Below, piece after piece: positions 45,568 to 54,827 of a DNA stretch of 64,000 nt; the stretch's first letter is position 1, and each line of letters opens with the position of its first letter. Source of the DNA: a virus; IMG/VR virus record IMGVR_UViG_3300043803_002519; one strand, given 5' to 3'. The notes under the pieces were generated by a model that made no database searches, was not told the origin of the DNA, and saw only the letters and a list, made by a program, of their open reading frames with translations. The position numbers were made by a program, and so were the translations under genes.

Positions 45568-47462
45568 TACCCCTCCGTCGGAGGTTTGGGGGTCCACACC
45601 TGCAGGCGGCCGTTCTCGTCGACCACCCGCTCGGCGCTCTTCGACCAGCGGTCGGAGGCCTCGGTCTCTACGCGGACGGCGACGTCCGGCATGTAGTACC
45701 GCATGCACTCGACCATGATCTCCTCGAGGCGGACCGCGGCCTCGTGCACCCGGGCGATGGGTGCGGACAGGAGCACCTCGTCGTGCACGAAGGCGTGGAC
45801 CAGGCACCCGTACAGCGGGCTCGGCGCTTCGCCGGGAAGGGGCGGCAGGAAGCACTCCCGCACGATGGCGCGCAGGGCCCGCTTCGCGCCGTCGGCGGCG
45901 AGGCCTTGGAAGAGGCTGTTGCACGCCGCGGTGTAGCGGCACCCGCCCCGCACACGCCCGGAGCGCAGCTGCGTCAGGTCGAAGGTCTCGCCGGTGCCCG
46001 CCAGCTGGGAGATGTAGGCGAAGTAGTCCTTCATCTCCGGGTAAGCGTCGAACCACACCTGCTTCAGCTCGGCGACGAAGTCCCGGTCGAGGACGAGCCC
46101 ATACCCGAGGGCGAACTCCACGAAGGCGTCGGGGCCCATGCCGCCGGGGAAGCCGAAGTTCAAACTTTTCGATAGCTGGCGTTTTTCCTTTGCTTCGGGG
46201 TCTTTGGTCGTGTAACGGGCGAGGGCCTCCTCGTAGGGGATGCCCATGATCTGAGCCGCCGTCACGAGGTGCAAGTCCTTGCCCTCGTTGATGGCGTCCG
46301 CCATCGCCGAGTGGCCGAAGAGGTCAAGACAGACCTGGGCGAGCGCGACGAGCTCCACGGTGGAGTAGTCCGAGTCCACGAAGGCATACCCTTCCGGCGG
46401 CCGGTACAACTCTCGGATACCCCCCTTCCGGGGCATCTGCTGGATGTTGGGGTTGAAGCTGCTCGTGCGCCCGGTCTCCTTCAGCACGTCGTAGCTGGGG
46501 TTCACGATGCCCTGCTTCAGCATCGGGATGAACGCCGACAGCAGCTTCTCCGCGCTGGCGGCTTCTCCAATGGCGACGAGCAGGTCGTCACCAGAGGCGA
46601 GAAGGGTGTCGCCGGCGGTGGACGTCGCGCCCTTCTCCGTGACGGGCAGGGGCACGCCCCGCGCAGCGTAGGCGCGCTCCACGCGAGCCTTCAGCACCTT
46701 CATGTCCTTGGAGCCGTTGGCCCGCAGGATGCCCGCTTGCCGCATCTTGGCGTGCACGTCGGCCACGCTGGCTTGGAGCTCGGCCTCCAGCTTGGCGACC
46801 CCATCGAGGTCGACCTCGAGGCCGGACATGGAGATGAGATGCAGCGCCCACGCGGCGTCCGTCTGGGGAAGCTCGTCCACGAGGGTCTCGGTGCCCTGTG
46901 CGAGGAACACGTCGAGGGTGGTGATGGCGTCCGTCAGGGCGTAGGCCATCGCGTCCTGAGGGTACTTGTGGATGGGTACGCCGTCGAGCTCGGAGTACCG
47001 CAGGCGCCAGGTGTCCCCGCCCTTGTCCATGGGGGTGTTGAGGTAGCGCTCGCTGAGCGCCCCCAGCGAGAAGCTGGGCATCTTGTTGGTGATGGCGTCG
47101 AAGCTCAGCCGGCCCTGGGCCAGCATGAACAGCTTGTCGCGGACCTGTACGTCTCGGATGCGCTCGTTGTCGTAGGCCGCGAACACCAGCCGCATCATGC
47201 GGTCGGGCTCGGGCGCCCAGGTGACGGCGAGGCCGAGGTCATAGGCGACGTTGGCGCCGACGAGGATCACGTCGGTGTCCTCCAGCCAGCCGTAGAGGCG
47301 CTCCCACCCGTCGTCCACGGCGACAAGGTCGACCTCGCCTCCTTCGGCGAAGGACATGCACACCGGCTTGGGTGCGAGGATGCCGGGCTCGATGAGGTAC
47401 GACTCGAAGTCGAACGCCACGTAGCGTGGCGAAGGGGAGGGCATGGGGGTCTCCAGAGACAA
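45567..47462 (-). CDS. family A DNA polymerase with 3'-5' exonuclease domain
   Basis: Exo I AFDFESY and Exo II ANVAYDL. Pol motif A DSDYSTVELVALA, motif B RQLSKSLNFGFPGGMG, motif C VHDEVLL. Confidence 0.9.
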   Translation of the reverse strand: MSLETPMPSPSPRYVAFDFESYLIEPGILAPKPVCMSFAEGGEVDLVAVDDGWERLYGWLEDTDVILVGANVAYDLGLAVTWAPEPDRMMRLVFAAYDNERIRDVQVRDKLFMLAQGRLSFDAITNKMPSFSLGALSERYLNTPMDKGGDTWRLRYSELDGVPIHKYPQDAMAYALTDAITTLDVFLAQGTETLVDELPQTDAAWALHLISMSGLEVDLDGVAKLEAELQASVADVHAKMRQAGILRANGSKDMKVLKARVERAYAARGVPLPVTEKGATSTAGDTLLASGDDLLVAIGEAASAEKLLSAFIPMLKQGIVNPSYDVLKETGRTSSFNPNIQQMPRKGGIRELYRPPEGYAFVDSDYSTVELVALAQVCLDLFGHSAMADAINEGKDLHLVTAAQIMGIPYEEALARYTTKDPEAKEKRQLSKSLNFGFPGGMGPDAFVEFALGYGLVLDRDFVAELKQVWFDAYPEMKDYFAYISQLAGTGETFDLTQLRSGRVRGGCRYTAACNSLFQGLAADGAKRALRAIVRECFLPPLPGEAPSPLYGCLVHAFVHDEVLLSAPIARVHEAAVRLEEIMVECMRYYMPDVAVRVETEASDRWSKSAERVVDENGRLQVWTPKPPTEG

Positions 47463-47518
47463 GTACGGCCCGACCCCCGCGTGAGCGCAGGCCGGGCCGC
47501 CTTGGTGAGGGGTGGGGG

Positions 47519-47953
47519 CTACTCGGTGACCGCGTAGAAGTTGTGCTTGCTGAAGTCGCCGCCGGCCTTGGTCTTGGTCGGCTCGACCACGATGCGGAGC
47601 GCCGAGCCTGCGAGCGCGGTCCCGTCTCCCTCGAGGGCCTCCTCGATGGTCCCCTCGTCCACGTCGTCCTCGTCAGCGTTGGTGGCCGCCATGATGAACG
47701 CCTTGATGTCGGCGAGCGCCATGTCGGGGTACTTCCCGTTGAGCTTGGTCATCCACGTCGCCGCCGTGCCCGCGGGCAGGTCGGGGTTGGTGGACTCCTG
47801 GATGTCGAAGTCGACGACGAAGAACTGGTCGCTGCCGACCTTGCTCTCGACGTGGCGGACGCTGACGACGCTGACGTCGTAGCGACCCTTCGTGAAGAAC
47901 TGACCCTTGGGGCGCGCGGCCCCGACCTTGCCGATTTTGCTGAAGATGCCCAT
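47519..47953 (-). CDS. hypothetical protein
   Basis: 144 aa. Downstream of a sigma70-like promoter and a long leader. Confidence 0.5.
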   Translation of the reverse strand: MGIFSKIGKVGAARPKGQFFTKGRYDVSVVSVRHVESKVGSDQFFVVDFDIQESTNPDLPAGTAATWMTKLNGKYPDMALADIKAFIMAATNADEDDVDEGTIEEALEGDGTALAGSALRIVVEPTKTKAGGDFSKHNFYAVTE

Positions 47954-48016
47954 GTTGTTGTCCTGTTGCGTTGCGGTTTACGTTGTGGTTCCGTCGAACG
48001 GTTGCTCGACTCAGGG

Positions 48017-48044
48017 ATAGTATCAGAGTTCTATGTGGAGTCAA
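48017..48044 (-). promoter_or_regulatory. candidate sigma70-type promoter
   Basis: Minus strand TTGACT-N16-TACTAT, about 60 nt upstream of the ATG at 47953. Confidence 0.45.
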
Positions 48045-48218
48045 GAGGCGTAGCGCGAAGTGCATCATTTTTTCTGGCCACGGCCGGTCGTCCCTCGTCG
48101 GGTAGCAACGCCTCCCCCGCCGCCCGCAGCCGGTCGATGACCAGCGCGCGGGAGCAGCGGGGGATGTTGCGCGACTCGGCGGGGAGGGAGGAGAGGAGCG
48201 CGCGGGCGGCGGCGGGGG

Positions 48219-48422
48219 TCAATAGTAGGAGCCCCCACCGCCAACCCGCTTGTTCCGTTCTATGACCGCAGGGGCGCAGGCTGGGCAGTAGTCCACGCCC
48301 CGGCGCCAGTAGACCCAGCCCTTCGCCTTCAGCGTGCGCCGGGTGGTGTAGGTGTCGGCCGGCGGCGTAAGCCCCTCGACAGCGGCGCATGTGTTGCACA
48401 CGAGGACGGTGCGGGCGCTCAC
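48219..48422 (-). CDS. small zinc-ribbon protein
   Basis: CNTC...CPAC. GTG start in a GTGA overlap. Confidence 0.45.
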   Translation of the reverse strand: MSARTVLVCNTCAAVEGLTPPADTYTTRRTLKAKGWVYWRRGVDYCPACAPAVIERNKRVGGGGSYY

Positions 48423-48637
48423 GACTTCGCCCCGGCGGCTAACCGCAACCGCTCCACCTCGGCGGTGAGTTCGTCCACGCGGGCGAGGGCGGCGCGGAGG
48501 TGCTTCTCCGCGTCGGTCAGTCGGCGGTTCATGGGCGCGGCCTTCATCTTGCCAGACAGGCGCTGGGCTACAATGAAGCGCGTGTGGAGATCGAACGCCG
48601 CCAACGCCTCCCGAGCGGCGGTGAGGGGGTCAGACAT
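48419..48637 (-). CDS. small coiled-coil protein
   Basis: 72 aa, helical and Ala/Arg/Glu-rich. Confidence 0.4.
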   Translation of the reverse strand: MSDPLTAAREALAAFDLHTRFIVAQRLSGKMKAAPMNRRLTDAEKHLRAALARVDELTAEVERLRLAAGAKS

Positions 48638-49019
48638 CGGAGGCTCCCTGGGTGGTGAGGGCGGCGAGCGCCCCGAGCAACCGGCGCACTTCGCCCTCCG
48701 TCAGCTCGACATTCCGATGGCAGCATTCGACACGGGCGGCCGACGCATTCAGCGCGGCATCGCGCCGCCAGAACGCGGCGCTCATGGCGGTGGTCTGGGT
48801 CTGTGGCTCGTCCGCGAGGAGCGCCGTGGCCTCGGCACGGTAGGCGCTGGTTCGGAATGCGTATTGGTCCATCCACGCGATGCGTGAGTCCACCATGGCG
48901 GCCCCCAGCGCGAGCGTTGCCGCTTCGTAGGCGGCGATGGCGGCCTCGATGTTCTCGGGGGTGGGGTCGCTTTTGTGGAGCGTGGTGGCTACGGAGGCGA
49001 TGAGGCTGTCGATGTTCAT
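48630..49019 (-). CDS. hypothetical protein
   Basis: MNIDSLIASVATT start chosen inside track ORF 48630-49079. Confidence 0.4.
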   Translation of the reverse strand: MNIDSLIASVATTLHKSDPTPENIEAAIAAYEAATLALGAAMVDSRIAWMDQYAFRTSAYRAEATALLADEPQTQTTAMSAAFWRRDAALNASAARVECCHRNVELTEGEVRRLLGALAALTTQGASDV

Positions 49020-49060
49020 GGGATGTCCTTGAGGGTGCGAATCTGCCCTTGGGCGCGGGG

Positions 49061-49636
49061 TCACGGCTTCACCGTCCACCCGCGGCGCGTGGCCTCGGCT
49101 TCGATGTAGGCGCGGGCCTCGACCTCGGTGGCGAAGCTACGCACGTTCGGGCGCCAGTGCGCGAGCCACGTCTCGCCGGATGCCCGCGGGCGGTCGACCT
49201 GCGCGAGCCTTCGATTGCTCCTGCCCAGGAGGAGGATGTACCCAGGATAGCGGAAGGGCTCCGTCTCCCACCTCGCTACGTTGGCGGGCTTCTCCGTTGC
49301 CTCCCCCGTGGACGCCCGCAGCCCCTTCATCAAGGACGAGTCCGGATTCAGAAGCTGGTAGCTCAGCCACTCCATCGCGGCATCGCGGCCCTCGTTGTAG
49401 TAGCCCCCCGCCGAGTCGCCGCTGGCGTGCATCGCCTTCGCCGTGGCCTTGGCCTCGGTGGAGATGTCGGAGCACGCGCGGGCGAGGTGGGCGAGGTGGG
49501 CGGGGTTCAGCGGGGCCTTCAGGGCACAGAGCAGGGCCTCCGCCTCGTTGGGGAGAACGGCCCAGGCGTAGCCGCCAGCGACGGCGCGCTCGAGGGCAGA
49601 GATGAGGTGCGGGGGTACGGTCGGCGGCGTCGACAT
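49061..49636 (-). CDS. hypothetical protein
   Basis: 191 aa. The ATG lies 2 nt after the helicase stop. Confidence 0.45.
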   Translation of the reverse strand: MSTPPTVPPHLISALERAVAGGYAWAVLPNEAEALLCALKAPLNPAHLAHLARACSDISTEAKATAKAMHASGDSAGGYYNEGRDAAMEWLSYQLLNPDSSLMKGLRASTGEATEKPANVARWETEPFRYPGYILLLGRSNRRLAQVDRPRASGETWLAHWRPNVRSFATEVEARAYIEAEATRRGWTVKP

Positions 49637-49638
49637 GG

Positions 49639-52353
49639 TCAGGTCTCCGAGGACTGCGAGTAGAACGATGCCAGCAGCAGCTTCTGCTGCTGGCCGGTGG
49701 ACTGTTGAACGTAGGCCGCGTCGTCGCGCGCGGCGGTGAGGTAGGACAGGGCGATGCCGTCCCAGAAGGGCACCTCGACGAGGACGTCGTCCGCGTCCTG
49801 ACCTTCCCTATGCGTGCGCCCGATGCAGTTGCCGACGACAGCGACCTTGCCGTTTCTCCGAGTGATGATTGCTCCGGACGCCACTTCAGCGCACCACACC
49901 CGCTCGGTATCCTGAGAGGGCACTACGCCCCAGGTCGGGCGGCTCAGCCACCTCTTGCAGGACGCCGACCGAGAGGTCACGTCTTCTGAGTAGTGCAAGA
50001 ACCACATCTTCTTGTGGACCGACACGTTGCATCGAATCCCCCGGCGAACGCACAAGGACTGAAGCTGGTCCGCCACGCCCTTCCTGCTGGAGCAGATCGT
50101 GGCCGTGTGCGGAGTGTACCGGTCACCGGTATAGGCGCCATTCGTTTTGTTACCGTCCCCGGCCCACATTCCGTGAAGTAGCACGAGAAGTTGCCTGCGC
50201 GTCAACTGCGTCAGGGTGTCGGGGAGGTCCTTGTTCAAGAACGGCTGGAGCACTCGCCACCCGCGGCACTCCGCGCCATCCTGTCCCCCCAGGTCTCGGA
50301 ACCTGCGGTCCCCGGGAATCTTGCTGTTACCGGAAACTGTCCACTTGTGAAGGGCGAACCGACGCTTTCCGAAGTTCGTCGGCGTAGTCACGAGGACGTG
50401 GCGGAATCGGAAGTTGCAAGCGCGCAGGGTGTCCTCGCAGAGGCGGACTATCTCTGGGTATCGGTCAGACTGAAACAAGCTGATCGTTCCGTTGGTCATG
50501 TTCCCGTCTGTCATGAACAGCCCAATGAACGTCAGTTCTGCATCGGTCAACGGAGCCTCCTCGCCCGGCTGTTCCCCCGCCACAGGAATCCGGAACGCTG
50601 GGGGCATCTCGGACGCCTGCACGAAGCTCCGCGGGCCGTACACGAGGCCGTCTCGCCCCGCAGGGCCGAGGCGCTTCGCGCGCTGGCACACCATTCGGTG
50701 GCCCGCCGTTACGCGAATGTCCAGGTGTGGATTGCTCAGTCCGAACATCTCCTCCTTGCCGAGAAGCCGCTCCACCCTCTTCCCGAAGGACCAGGTGACT
50801 GTGCCGTCTTCCACGGAATATGCCGCCACGTCCTCCCCCGCGGGCCACGGGTCGTCGATCCCTACCCAGCCGAGTCGCGTGAGGATTTCGGTCTTCTCAT
50901 CCAAGCACTGTTCCCACACCTTCCCCGACGACGAGACCTCGGGGACCAGGTTGGTGTTCCAGGCCTGCAGGTTCCGCCCGGTGCCGAAGCTCGAGCGGGA
51001 CAGCGCCACGGTGCGGGGCTTCTTGGGCACGGGCGCGCCGGGGCGGAGGACCGCCATGCCGCACTCCTCCAGCGCGTCGAGCAGGGCGATGGACTCGCAC
51101 CACACCAGCACCGGGCCGCGCTCGCGCTCGAGCCGGTCGACGCAGTCGAGCAGGTCGTCGACGAAGGCGTAGGACAGCCACGTCGTCTTGACCGGCGGCG
51201 GGCGTTGGTACTGCTCGTCCCACCTGCCGAGGGCCATGCTGTCGACGGAGGTCCCTTGCCCGGCGCGCACGCGCTGCTCAACCTGCAGGGGGCTGTCGAC
51301 GCCGGGTAGGCGTCGGGCGAGGGTGTTGCGGACGACGCGGGCCCAGCCCGCGCGGGCCTCCAGCCACTGCTGGTCGGGTCCTTTCGGGCCCCAGTCCCAG
51401 GTGTAGTAGAAGCCGGTCTGGAGCTGGCGCATGGCCGCGGCCTGCTCGCTGGCCCGGAGCAACTCCGTTCCGTCGGGGAGCTCCCAGCGGGTGCGGAGGA
51501 CCTTCATGGCCTCGACGAGGGCCTCGGGCTTGTTGAGGCGGCGGGTCCGCAGGATGATGCTGCACTCCGCCGCGGAGGTGTCGACGGTGCAGATGACGCC
51601 CGGCGCGGAGCGCAGGCGGGCGTAGTAGCTGGCCCGGGGAGTGTTCTCCGGGGTGGGGTAGGCGTCGACGAGGGGCTGCACCGCCGCGCGCTGGTGGTCG
51701 GTGGGCGGGGCCTCGGGGCGCGCGTCGATGCACGCCGCCCAGGCCTGCACCTCCACCCAGTCTCGGGGGAGGGGGCTGCGCTCGCGCAGGGCGAGCTCGG
51801 CGATGTGGTCGTAGTCGAGCAGGCTGCGGTTGGACATCGTCCCGCTGAGCGCCACGAGGCGCGTGTCGGGGTGCTCCTGGAACCACTGGATGAAGCGCCG
51901 CGTGCGCGCCGACTCCCGCCGGGCGAGGCAGTGGACCTCGTCCGCGACGATGAGGTCGGGCGCATGGGCCGTGAGCATCGCCTGCTTCTTGGCGCTGGAG
52001 AGGTCGTCGTAGCTCATCACGAGCAGGTTCTCGTGGATGCGGAAGTGGTCCCTCCACCGGTTCACTTCGGCCTTGGTCTGCGCGAGGAGCGAGGAGGGCA
52101 CCAGCAGCAGCGGGCGGTAGGTGTTGGGGACGACCGACGGCGCGAGCACGGAGATGAGGAACTTCCCCTGCCCGACACCGATGACGCCCAGCAGCCCGTC
52201 GCTGCGCTGGGCCTCCCCGAGCGCGGCGAGCTGGACCTGCCTCAGAGCGTGGGGGGTGCCCGGCACGAGCAGGTCCTCCGCGTGAGCGGGGGGCAGACGG
52301 TCCGCCGCATCGAGGCGGGGCAGCGACAGGATGCGGCGGACCTCAGGGAGCAT
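49639..52353 (-). CDS. SF2 DEAH-box helicase (SNF2/Res-like) interrupted by an intein
   Basis: Motif I GVGQGKF, motif II IVADEVH, motif III LSGT. Motif VI is split as WEQ | intein | CIGRTHREGQ. Confidence 0.8.
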   Translation of the reverse strand: MLPEVRRILSLPRLDAADRLPPAHAEDLLVPGTPHALRQVQLAALGEAQRSDGLLGVIGVGQGKFLISVLAPSVVPNTYRPLLLVPSSLLAQTKAEVNRWRDHFRIHENLLVMSYDDLSSAKKQAMLTAHAPDLIVADEVHCLARRESARTRRFIQWFQEHPDTRLVALSGTMSNRSLLDYDHIAELALRERSPLPRDWVEVQAWAACIDARPEAPPTDHQRAAVQPLVDAYPTPENTPRASYYARLRSAPGVICTVDTSAAECSIILRTRRLNKPEALVEAMKVLRTRWELPDGTELLRASEQAAAMRQLQTGFYYTWDWGPKGPDQQWLEARAGWARVVRNTLARRLPGVDSPLQVEQRVRAGQGTSVDSMALGRWDEQYQRPPPVKTTWLSYAFVDDLLDCVDRLERERGPVLVWCESIALLDALEECGMAVLRPGAPVPKKPRTVALSRSSFGTGRNLQAWNTNLVPEVSSSGKVWEQCLDEKTEILTRLGWVGIDDPWPAGEDVAAYSVEDGTVTWSFGKRVERLLGKEEMFGLSNPHLDIRVTAGHRMVCQRAKRLGPAGRDGLVYGPRSFVQASEMPPAFRIPVAGEQPGEEAPLTDAELTFIGLFMTDGNMTNGTISLFQSDRYPEIVRLCEDTLRACNFRFRHVLVTTPTNFGKRRFALHKWTVSGNSKIPGDRRFRDLGGQDGAECRGWRVLQPFLNKDLPDTLTQLTRRQLLVLLHGMWAGDGNKTNGAYTGDRYTPHTATICSSRKGVADQLQSLCVRRGIRCNVSVHKKMWFLHYSEDVTSRSASCKRWLSRPTWGVVPSQDTERVWCAEVASGAIITRRNGKVAVVGNCIGRTHREGQDADDVLVEVPFWDGIALSYLTAARDDAAYVQQSTGQQQKLLLASFYSQSSET
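49828..50907 (-). mobile_element. intein with LAGLIDADG homing-endonuclease core (360 aa, helicase residues 483-842)
   Basis: N-terminal CLDEKTEILT. Block B TAGH. LAGLIDADG-type LTFIGLFMTDGN and LLVLLHGMWAGDGN. C-terminal VAVVGN followed by Cys +1. GC is visibly lower than in the flanks. Confidence 0.75.
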
Positions 52354-52359
52354 GGCGGC

Positions 52360-54300
52360 TTAGCGCGTCCCGCGCAGGACGAACGCCGCGGTGGGGACGA
52401 GGGCCTGGGAGACCTCCTTCCACACGCCGTTCATGGAGTCGACCAGAAGCAGCGTGCCGTCCGCGGGCAGCGCGAGGCTGGCCATGTACGCCACCGTGCG
52501 CTCGCCGGCGCGGAAGTCCCGGAGGAACGCCGGGCCGCCGGTGGACTTCTCGTAGCTGGCGATGATGGGGGCGAGGTAGGCCTCCATGGTCTGCACCGTC
52601 CACCCCTGCGGTGCGACGACGATGCCCACGTCGACGAGGAGGGCGAAGCCATTCTGTACGGAGGATGCGGGCAGCGTGGGGGTCTCGGTGGGGGTCTCGG
52701 TGGGGGTGGCCTTGACCACCTCGACGGGCTCGGCCCGCGCCACCACGTCGAGTGCGACCGCTTGGGCCACCTCCTCCGTGGGCGTGGTCGGGCCGACGAG
52801 CGACAGGTCGAGGCCCTTGAGCGTCAGGGCACCGGGCCACGCCGCGCAGGCGCGCTCGACGTGGGACCACGCCACGCGCTGCAGGTCGAGGGCCGAGCCC
52901 ACGATGGCGCGCAGATCCTTCGAGGAGATGGTGGTCTTGCCGTCGGCGAGCTCGCGCTCGATGGCCGCTTCGGCCACGGGGTAGTCGAAGCCTTGGTGCG
53001 CCACGGCGCGGGGGCCGGGGGGCGCGGTGGTGGCCCGCTCGGCGACGATGGGGGTGCCGGCCTGTTCTGCGATGGCCTTGGCCTGCGCCAGCGCGGTGGC
53101 CATGGCCTCGGCGGTGGTCTGGGCCTCGGCGCGCCGGGCCTCCTCCTCTTCCTTGGCCTTCGCCTTCTCGGCGGCCGCGCGCTCGATAGCGCGCTGGGCC
53201 TCGACGACCTCCACGGCGGCGGAGTCCCAGCCCTCCAGCCACGCGGTGTCCTTGGCCGAGCCCTCCTTGTACGGGGACTCGCGCCCCTCCTCGGCGGCGT
53301 AGGCCGTGCGCCCATCGAGGCGGAAAGCGACCTCGTCGACCGTGGGGGCGGCCTTGACCGTGGGGGTCTCGACCTGTGCGGCCTCGTCGACCGCGGCGAT
53401 TGCCGCCGCGAGGGCAGGGGCACCCGTCGGGATGCTGGAGGGGGTCGGGGGGGTGCCTTCGGCCTTGGCGAGGGCGGCCTTCTCGGCCCGGGCGCGGATG
53501 AGGTCTTGGAGCTTGGACATGGGGGTTTCTCCTGAGGCAGTGGGAATGGTGGAGGCCTTGATACGGCCGATGTTGGCGAAGGGGGACGAGGGGTTGGCCT
53601 GGCCGCGCTGGCAGTGCGACAGGTACGGGCACCCGCCGAAGGCACTGCAGGCCTGGACGACGGCGGGGACCTTCGTCACCTCGAGGGTGGCCCACTCTGC
53701 CATGCGGTGGCTCAGGGGGACGATGGTCTCCGACCACACCTTGCGGGTGTGCCGGGTGTCGAGGACCGCGGAGACCTCGGCGGTCTGGGCGGTGGCCTTG
53801 TGGACCTGAAGGTGGGCCACCGACACAGCGTTGGGCTTGTAGGTGTTGAGCGCCCACACCGCGTAGGGCACCATCTGCAGGTCCGTGCGGAGCTCCTCCT
53901 CCGTCTTCGCCCACTTCCAGTCCCCGACCGTCTTGAAGTCGACGATGCCCAGGGTGTGGGGCAGAGCGGTCAGGTCGACAAGGTCGATGAAGCCCAACAG
54001 GGGGACGGCGAGGCCGGTGTCCGTCGGGGACAGCTTGACCTCCTGCTCCGAGATGAGCCGACCGTTGCCGTGGCTGCGCGGGGGGTAGTGCCTGGTGAGG
54101 GCCGACGCACGGAGGTCGATGGGGGTCGTGCCGTGCTTGAGGTAGTCCTCCACCTGCTTGTGGATGGCGCTGCCCTCAATCAGGGCGCGGGTTGGCTCGG
54201 GCTTCGGCAGGTCCGACAGCTTCTCAAACCACCACTTGCGGGGGCAGAGCGCCGCCGTCTTGAGCTGGCTGGCGCTGGTGCGGTCATGGGTCTTGGGCAC
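52360..54300 (-). CDS. Cas4/RecB-like PD-(D/E)XK nuclease fused in frame to a ~386-aa C-terminal region
   Basis: SASQLKTAALCPRKWWF, IEGSAIHKQVE, GFIDLVD, IVDFKT and CSAFGGCPYLSHC. GTG start in a TAGTG overlap. An internal GGAGAA-N6-ATG lies at 53520 in the same frame. Confidence 0.65.
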   Translation of the reverse strand: MPKTHDRTSASQLKTAALCPRKWWFEKLSDLPKPEPTRALIEGSAIHKQVEDYLKHGTTPIDLRASALTRHYPPRSHGNGRLISEQEVKLSPTDTGLAVPLLGFIDLVDLTALPHTLGIVDFKTVGDWKWAKTEEELRTDLQMVPYAVWALNTYKPNAVSVAHLQVHKATAQTAEVSAVLDTRHTRKVWSETIVPLSHRMAEWATLEVTKVPAVVQACSAFGGCPYLSHCQRGQANPSSPFANIGRIKASTIPTASGETPMSKLQDLIRARAEKAALAKAEGTPPTPSSIPTGAPALAAAIAAVDEAAQVETPTVKAAPTVDEVAFRLDGRTAYAAEEGRESPYKEGSAKDTAWLEGWDSAAVEVVEAQRAIERAAAEKAKAKEEEEARRAEAQTTAEAMATALAQAKAIAEQAGTPIVAERATTAPPGPRAVAHQGFDYPVAEAAIERELADGKTTISSKDLRAIVGSALDLQRVAWSHVERACAAWPGALTLKGLDLSLVGPTTPTEEVAQAVALDVVARAEPVEVVKATPTETPTETPTLPASSVQNGFALLVDVGIVVAPQGWTVQTMEAYLAPIIASYEKSTGGPAFLRDFRAGERTVAYMASLALPADGTLLLVDSMNGVWKEVSQALVPTAAFVLRGTR

Positions 54301-54719
54301 TAGGTCGCCTTGGCGGGGGTGGTGTGGGGGGTGGCGGGGGTGGTCGCGGGGAACAGCGGCACCTGTGCGCCGGGGCCCTCGGTCGGGGGGTCGACGAGGG
54401 GGTCGGGGGCCTGGGCCGCTGCGGGCGGCGACAGGCGCTCGAAGGCGTGCTGCAAGGCGACGCCGGGGCAGAGTGCAGAGTGGCTGATGATGCTGCCGTT
54501 CTGGTCGACGACCACCCACTTGCCGCCGAAGTGCTCGACGTTCGCGGCGTCGTCGTTGGTGGCGATGCGGAAGAGGTCGAGCAGGTGGCCGACCGTGCCC
54601 GGGTCGTTGAGGTCCGGCTCGGTGTTGGGATCAGCCGGACGGCGGTTGTCCTGGAGGTGCAGGCCGCCGCCGGCGTACCGCATGCCCGCGCGCCAGCGGA
54701 AGTGAGGGTTCTGAGTCAT
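54300..54719 (-). CDS. hypothetical protein
   Basis: MTQNPHFRW start with a GAGGAG RBS. 139 aa. Confidence 0.5.
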   Translation of the reverse strand: MTQNPHFRWRAGMRYAGGGLHLQDNRRPADPNTEPDLNDPGTVGHLLDLFRIATNDDAANVEHFGGKWVVVDQNGSIISHSALCPGVALQHAFERLSPPAAAQAPDPLVDPPTEGPGAQVPLFPATTPATPHTTPAKAT

Positions 54720-54756
54720 CGTTCTGCTCCTCGTCTCGGTTCGGGGTGGTGCTCGT

Positions 54757-54784
54757 AGTGTATAGCGCTGACGGAAGGGGTCAA
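54757..54784 (-). promoter_or_regulatory. candidate promoter TTGACC-N16-TACACT
   Basis: Read on the minus strand. A TATTTAG-TTGCAC box lies just upstream (54802-54818). Confidence 0.4.
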
Positions 54785-54827
54785 GCACTTTGATGCAGAC
54801 AGTGCAACTAAATAAGCAGGGGGCCTA

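Noticed and set aside
54301-54519. 73-aa N-terminal extension of the nuclease ORF (track start 54519)
   Set aside because: The extension is Arg/Pro-rich and overlaps the upstream gene 54300-54719. The conserved Cas4-like N-terminus begins right after the GTG at 54300, which forms a TAGTG junction with the upstream stop. Similar N-terminal extensions were rejected for track ORFs 5072, 5571, 14002, 14982, 15403, 18686, 39530, 41704, 42544, 45175-46056, 48630-49079, 54788, 57623, 58891-59949 and 61894-62466.
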